From NCBI GenBank assembly GCA_038231275.1, contig JBBRLQ010000009.1:160001-224000 (forward strand): DNA of 64,000 bases, read 5' to 3'. The stretch comes from Polyangiales bacterium. Lineage in GTDB: Bacteria > Myxococcota_A > Polyangia > Polyangiales > Polyangiaceae. A model generated the notes under the pieces. The model worked only from the letters and a program-made list of their open reading frames with translations. It ran no database searches and was not told where the DNA came from. Positions within the stretch are counted from its first letter, which is position 1, and each line of letters starts with the position of its first letter. Positions 61,076 to 64,000 of the stretch are shown piece after piece. The position numbers and the translations under genes were made by a program.

Positions 61076-62236
61076 TCAGCCGCAGCCGAACGCCATCGTC
61101 ACCTTCGCCGACGCGTCGTCGAGCACCGCCTCGCACGCGCTCCCGCGGAGCACGATGCTGCGCGGCTTGTCGTTCGCGTCGTATTGCCATCCGTTCGACG
61201 GATCTTGCGGGAGCACCGTCGTGACGCCGCCCGACGCGAGGGTGACCTTCGTCCGCGCGGGATCGAACGACGAAAAATCGCCGGTAAGTTCGAAGGCGCA
61301 AAGGTTCACTGTCCGCGCGCGCACGTCGTGGAGGGCCGCGAGCATGTCAGCGGCGAGCTGCTGCGGGGTCTTGTCCTTCGAAGGCGTGATCTGGATGTGG
61401 CAAAGGTCCTGGAGGATGTCCGCATGTGGAACGCACTGCGGGCTCGTGCGGGTGCCACCGGCCACTGCGACGTCGCCCATGAACGCCGGATCGTAGTCGG
61501 CCCACGACTGGGGCGGGAACGGGCCGATGCCGATCGCGAACGTCGACAGCGAGGGCGAGAGGGCGAGCTGATCGCCCACGAGCAACACCGTCTTCGCCTT
61601 CTCCACGTCGACCTCGCCGGCGGCCGATGCCGCGGTCGGTGCGCCGTCGCTGACAAGCACCAGCACGCGACGCCCCGGCGCACGCAGGCGTGGCTCGGGG
61701 ACGTACGAGCGCAGCACCGCGTAACCGCCGGTGAGCGCGGGGAACGTCGGCGTCGGGCCGATGGGGTACATGTTCGCGATGCGCGCGTTCAGGGCGGCGA
61801 ACTGCTTTGCGTCGACGAATGCCGGCGTCACGTCCACCGCCGTGGGGTAGGGCCCGTCACCGCCCGACGGATCCTTGGTCCCCGAGAAGACCAAGAGGCC
61901 GAGCGACACCGACGGATCGGCGTGCGCGAGGTACTCGTCGAAGAGGCCGCCGAGCGCGAGCTTCGCCGCTTCCCACTTGCCGTCGTCGAGCATGCTCCCC
62001 GAACCGTCGAGGACGAGCTCGATGTAGGCCGGCGCCGGCTCGCGGGACGGCACCTCGTGCACGCAGACGGATCGCGCGTCGCCGCCACCGTCGCCATCGT
62101 TCGCGCTCGTGTCGCCGAGCGCGTACAGCTGCGACCGCGCGCCGCACGCCGCGCCGACTGCGACGAACCCGAACGCGACGACGGCCGGCGCCGCGGCGAG
62201 CGCGCCCCGGCGAAGCGTCGACCAGGTGTGCCACAT
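61076..62236 (-). CDS. vWA domain lipoprotein
   Basis: GAAC lipobox; MIDAS LDGSGSM, GPTPT, VSDG; C-terminal GWQYD..LRGSAC..FGC; start uncertain. Confidence 0.83.
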   Translation of the reverse strand: MWHTWSTLRRGALAAAPAVVAFGFVAVGAACGARSQLYALGDTSANDGDGGGDARSVCVHEVPSREPAPAYIELVLDGSGSMLDDGKWEAAKLALGGLFDEYLAHADPSVSLGLLVFSGTKDPSGGDGPYPTAVDVTPAFVDAKQFAALNARIANMYPIGPTPTFPALTGGYAVLRSYVPEPRLRAPGRRVLVLVSDGAPTAASAAGEVDVEKAKTVLLVGDQLALSPSLSTFAIGIGPFPPQSWADYDPAFMGDVAVAGGTRTSPQCVPHADILQDLCHIQITPSKDKTPQQLAADMLAALHDVRARTVNLCAFELTGDFSSFDPARTKVTLASGGVTTVLPQDPSNGWQYDANDKPRSIVLRGSACEAVLDDASAKVTMAFGCG

Positions 62237-62372
62237 CCTCCCCACAGACCCCATCATGACCGAGTGACCTTCCATGGCAAGACTTCACCGGTTCTCGTCG
62301 CGCCGGACCTTGTCGCCGCGCAAAAGGGCGAACTGTCCCAATCCCCTCGTCGGACGAAGGGGCCGAGAAATT

Positions 62373-63218
62373 TCAGCCTTCGAGCGCCTTCGCGATTCGC
62401 GCAAATGCCGTGACGTCGAGGGTCTCCCCGCGCGCGTTGAGCGACACGCCGCACGCCTCGGCCACACGCGCGAGCTCTGCCGCAGGGGCAAGGCCGCTCC
62501 AGGCATTTCGGAGCGTCTTGCGCCGCGCGCCGAACGCCGACTTGACGACGCGCCGGAACGTCTCGGTCTCGAGCGCGCGTGGCGGGCGGACGGGGGTGAG
62601 GCGCACTACGGCGCTCGTCACGTCGGGCGCGGGATGGAACGATCCGGGCGACACCTTCATCACGCGGGACACGTCGAACGACGCGCGCACGAAAACCGTG
62701 AGCGCGCCGTAGATCTTGTTGCCGGGGGACGCGAGCAGGCGTTCGGCGACCTCGTGCTGCACCATCACGACCACGCGCTCGAGGCGGTCTGCGGACAGGA
62801 CCGCGCGTTCGAGCAAGGCACCGGTGATCTGGTAAGGGAGGTTTCCGCAGAGGACGCGCGGCGAGTTCTGGTCTTCTTCGCCGAGCATCTTCGCGTAGTC
62901 GACGGTCTGCGCGTCGTCCTCGACGATCGCGAGGCGACCCGCATCGACGTCGGAGGCGAACGCGCCGGCGAGGAGGGGGACCAGATCGCGATCGCGCTCG
63001 ATGGCTGTGACGTGGCGCGCGCGCGCCACGAGAGCAGCGGTGAGGGCCCCCGTGCCGGCGCCGATCTCGACGACCCGCGCGCGCCCGACCTCGCCGTCCG
63101 GAACGCACGCGGCGGCGATGGCGCGGACGACGTGCTCCGAGACGAGGAAGTTCTGACCGAAGCTCTTCTTCGGCGCGAGGCCGGCCTCGCGCAGGACCGA
63201 CCGCGGGTCCCTCGTCAT
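62373..63218 (-). CDS. rsmA: 16S rRNA m6,2A dimethyltransferase
   Basis: KKSFGQNFL, VEIGAGTG, GNLPYQI, MVQHEVAERL, F.PAPDVTSAVV, RRKTLRN. Confidence 0.96.
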   Translation of the reverse strand: MTRDPRSVLREAGLAPKKSFGQNFLVSEHVVRAIAAACVPDGEVGRARVVEIGAGTGALTAALVARARHVTAIERDRDLVPLLAGAFASDVDAGRLAIVEDDAQTVDYAKMLGEEDQNSPRVLCGNLPYQITGALLERAVLSADRLERVVVMVQHEVAERLLASPGNKIYGALTVFVRASFDVSRVMKVSPGSFHPAPDVTSAVVRLTPVRPPRALETETFRRVVKSAFGARRKTLRNAWSGLAPAAELARVAEACGVSLNARGETLDVTAFARIAKALEG

Positions 63219-64000
63219 AGGTCGCCTTCGCGCGGGCCCGGCGCGGGCGCGGGCTTCGCGGTGCGCCGCTCGATGTTCTGCGCGCGCACGCCCATCTGAC
63301 GGAGCGCCCGCTCGGCGCGCGCGCGTGACGCCCGCGAACGGACTCGCACGGCGTCCTCCACCGCCGCCGCGACGTTGGGAGGCGGCGCGATCGCGGCCTC
63401 TTCCGGCGTCAGCGCCTCGAGCCCCGCGTCAGGGGGACCGACGCTGACGTCGAAGCGTGGCACCGTCCACCGCACGACCGCCCGCTTCGCGCGCAGCTTC
63501 CGCACGGCGCGCGCGGTGGCCTCCTTCTTCACCGGCGCGGGCGCCCACACGTGCACGATGCTGGGCTTCTGCTTCTCGGTCGAGAGCTTGTCGAGCACCG
63601 TCGCGATGGCGAGATCCGCCCTCTCGCGCTCGCCGTCGAGGCGCGGCGGGACCTCGATTCCGAACGACGCGAGGTAGTGGCGGAGGCGCTGCTCGCGCGC
63701 GGCCTTCGCGTACGGGAGGCGCGGCGCGAACGGGGCGCGCGCGCGGAGCTGCTCGCTGCGCGCGGCGAGCTGGTCGAGGTTGCCCTTCGGAATGTCGCCG
63801 AGACCGCGAGGATCGAGCGGCCGCGCGTGCTCGGCGACGCGCTGCGCGATCTCCCACTCGTCGAGCTCGCACCGGTCACTGTCCACCATGCTCGCCGCGC
63901 TCGCGAGGGCCGCGGCGATACGGACCGCGTGCGCCGCCCCGCTCGCGGGCGCGATCCACGTGCGCAGCCGCGACGCGGTCACGATGAGCCCCACGTGATC
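63215..64000 (-). CDS. C-terminal part of a probable DUF58-like protein (5' end outside window)
   Basis: Frame open to the window edge (DHVGLIV...); ATGA overlap with rsmA; family call rests only on the D-VGL motif. Confidence 0.5.
   Translation of the reverse strand, partial: DHVGLIVTASRLRTWIAPASGAAHAVRIAAALASAASMVDSDRCELDEWEIAQRVAEHARPLDPRGLGDIPKGNLDQLAARSEQLRARAPFAPRLPYAKAAREQRLRHYLASFGIEVPPRLDGERERADLAIATVLDKLSTEKQKPSIVHVWAPAPVKKEATARAVRKLRAKRAVVRWTVPRFDVSVGPPDAGLEALTPEEAAIAPPPNVAAAVEDAVRVRSRASRARAERALRQMGVRAQNIERRTAKPAPAPGPREGDL

Overview
Very GC-rich bacterial chromosome window whose gene content points to Myxococcota, probably Polyangiaceae/Labilithrix-like (inference from three Hanks kinases, an FHA-sigma54 activator, two ECF/anti-sigma modules, a secreted caspase, FGE-fold lipoproteins and Pro/Gly low-complexity linkers). 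About 55 CDS. Housekeeping or near-housekeeping genes are a partial SNF2 helicase, comM, a divergent recA, dksA, uvrA, a Cys/Met PLP lyase and rsmA. A fimU-pilV-pilW-pilX-pilY1 type IV pilus cluster and many orphan lipoproteins are also present. I found no rRNA, tRNA, CRISPR array, integrase or transposase. The most unusual items: (1) a lipoprotein made of four tandem flagellar-hook FlgE D2-like domains without the polymerising D0 helices, split by a single-base insertion at 6539; (2) an FHA-GGDEF enzyme whose guanine-reading Asp is Ala, the site altered in cGAMP-making Hypr GGDEFs; (3) six sigma54-type -24/-12 elements 13-16 nt before start codons, implying near-leaderless transcripts; (4) an ECF/anti-sigma/periplasmic caspase-beta-barrel module and an ECF/anti-sigma/FGE/adenylate cyclase coupled operon; (5) apparent pseudo-enzymes (AKR-fold, RNase HII-like). 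All family assignments are by eye from motifs; no database search was run. Several starts were moved from the ORF track based on overlaps and promoter spacing.
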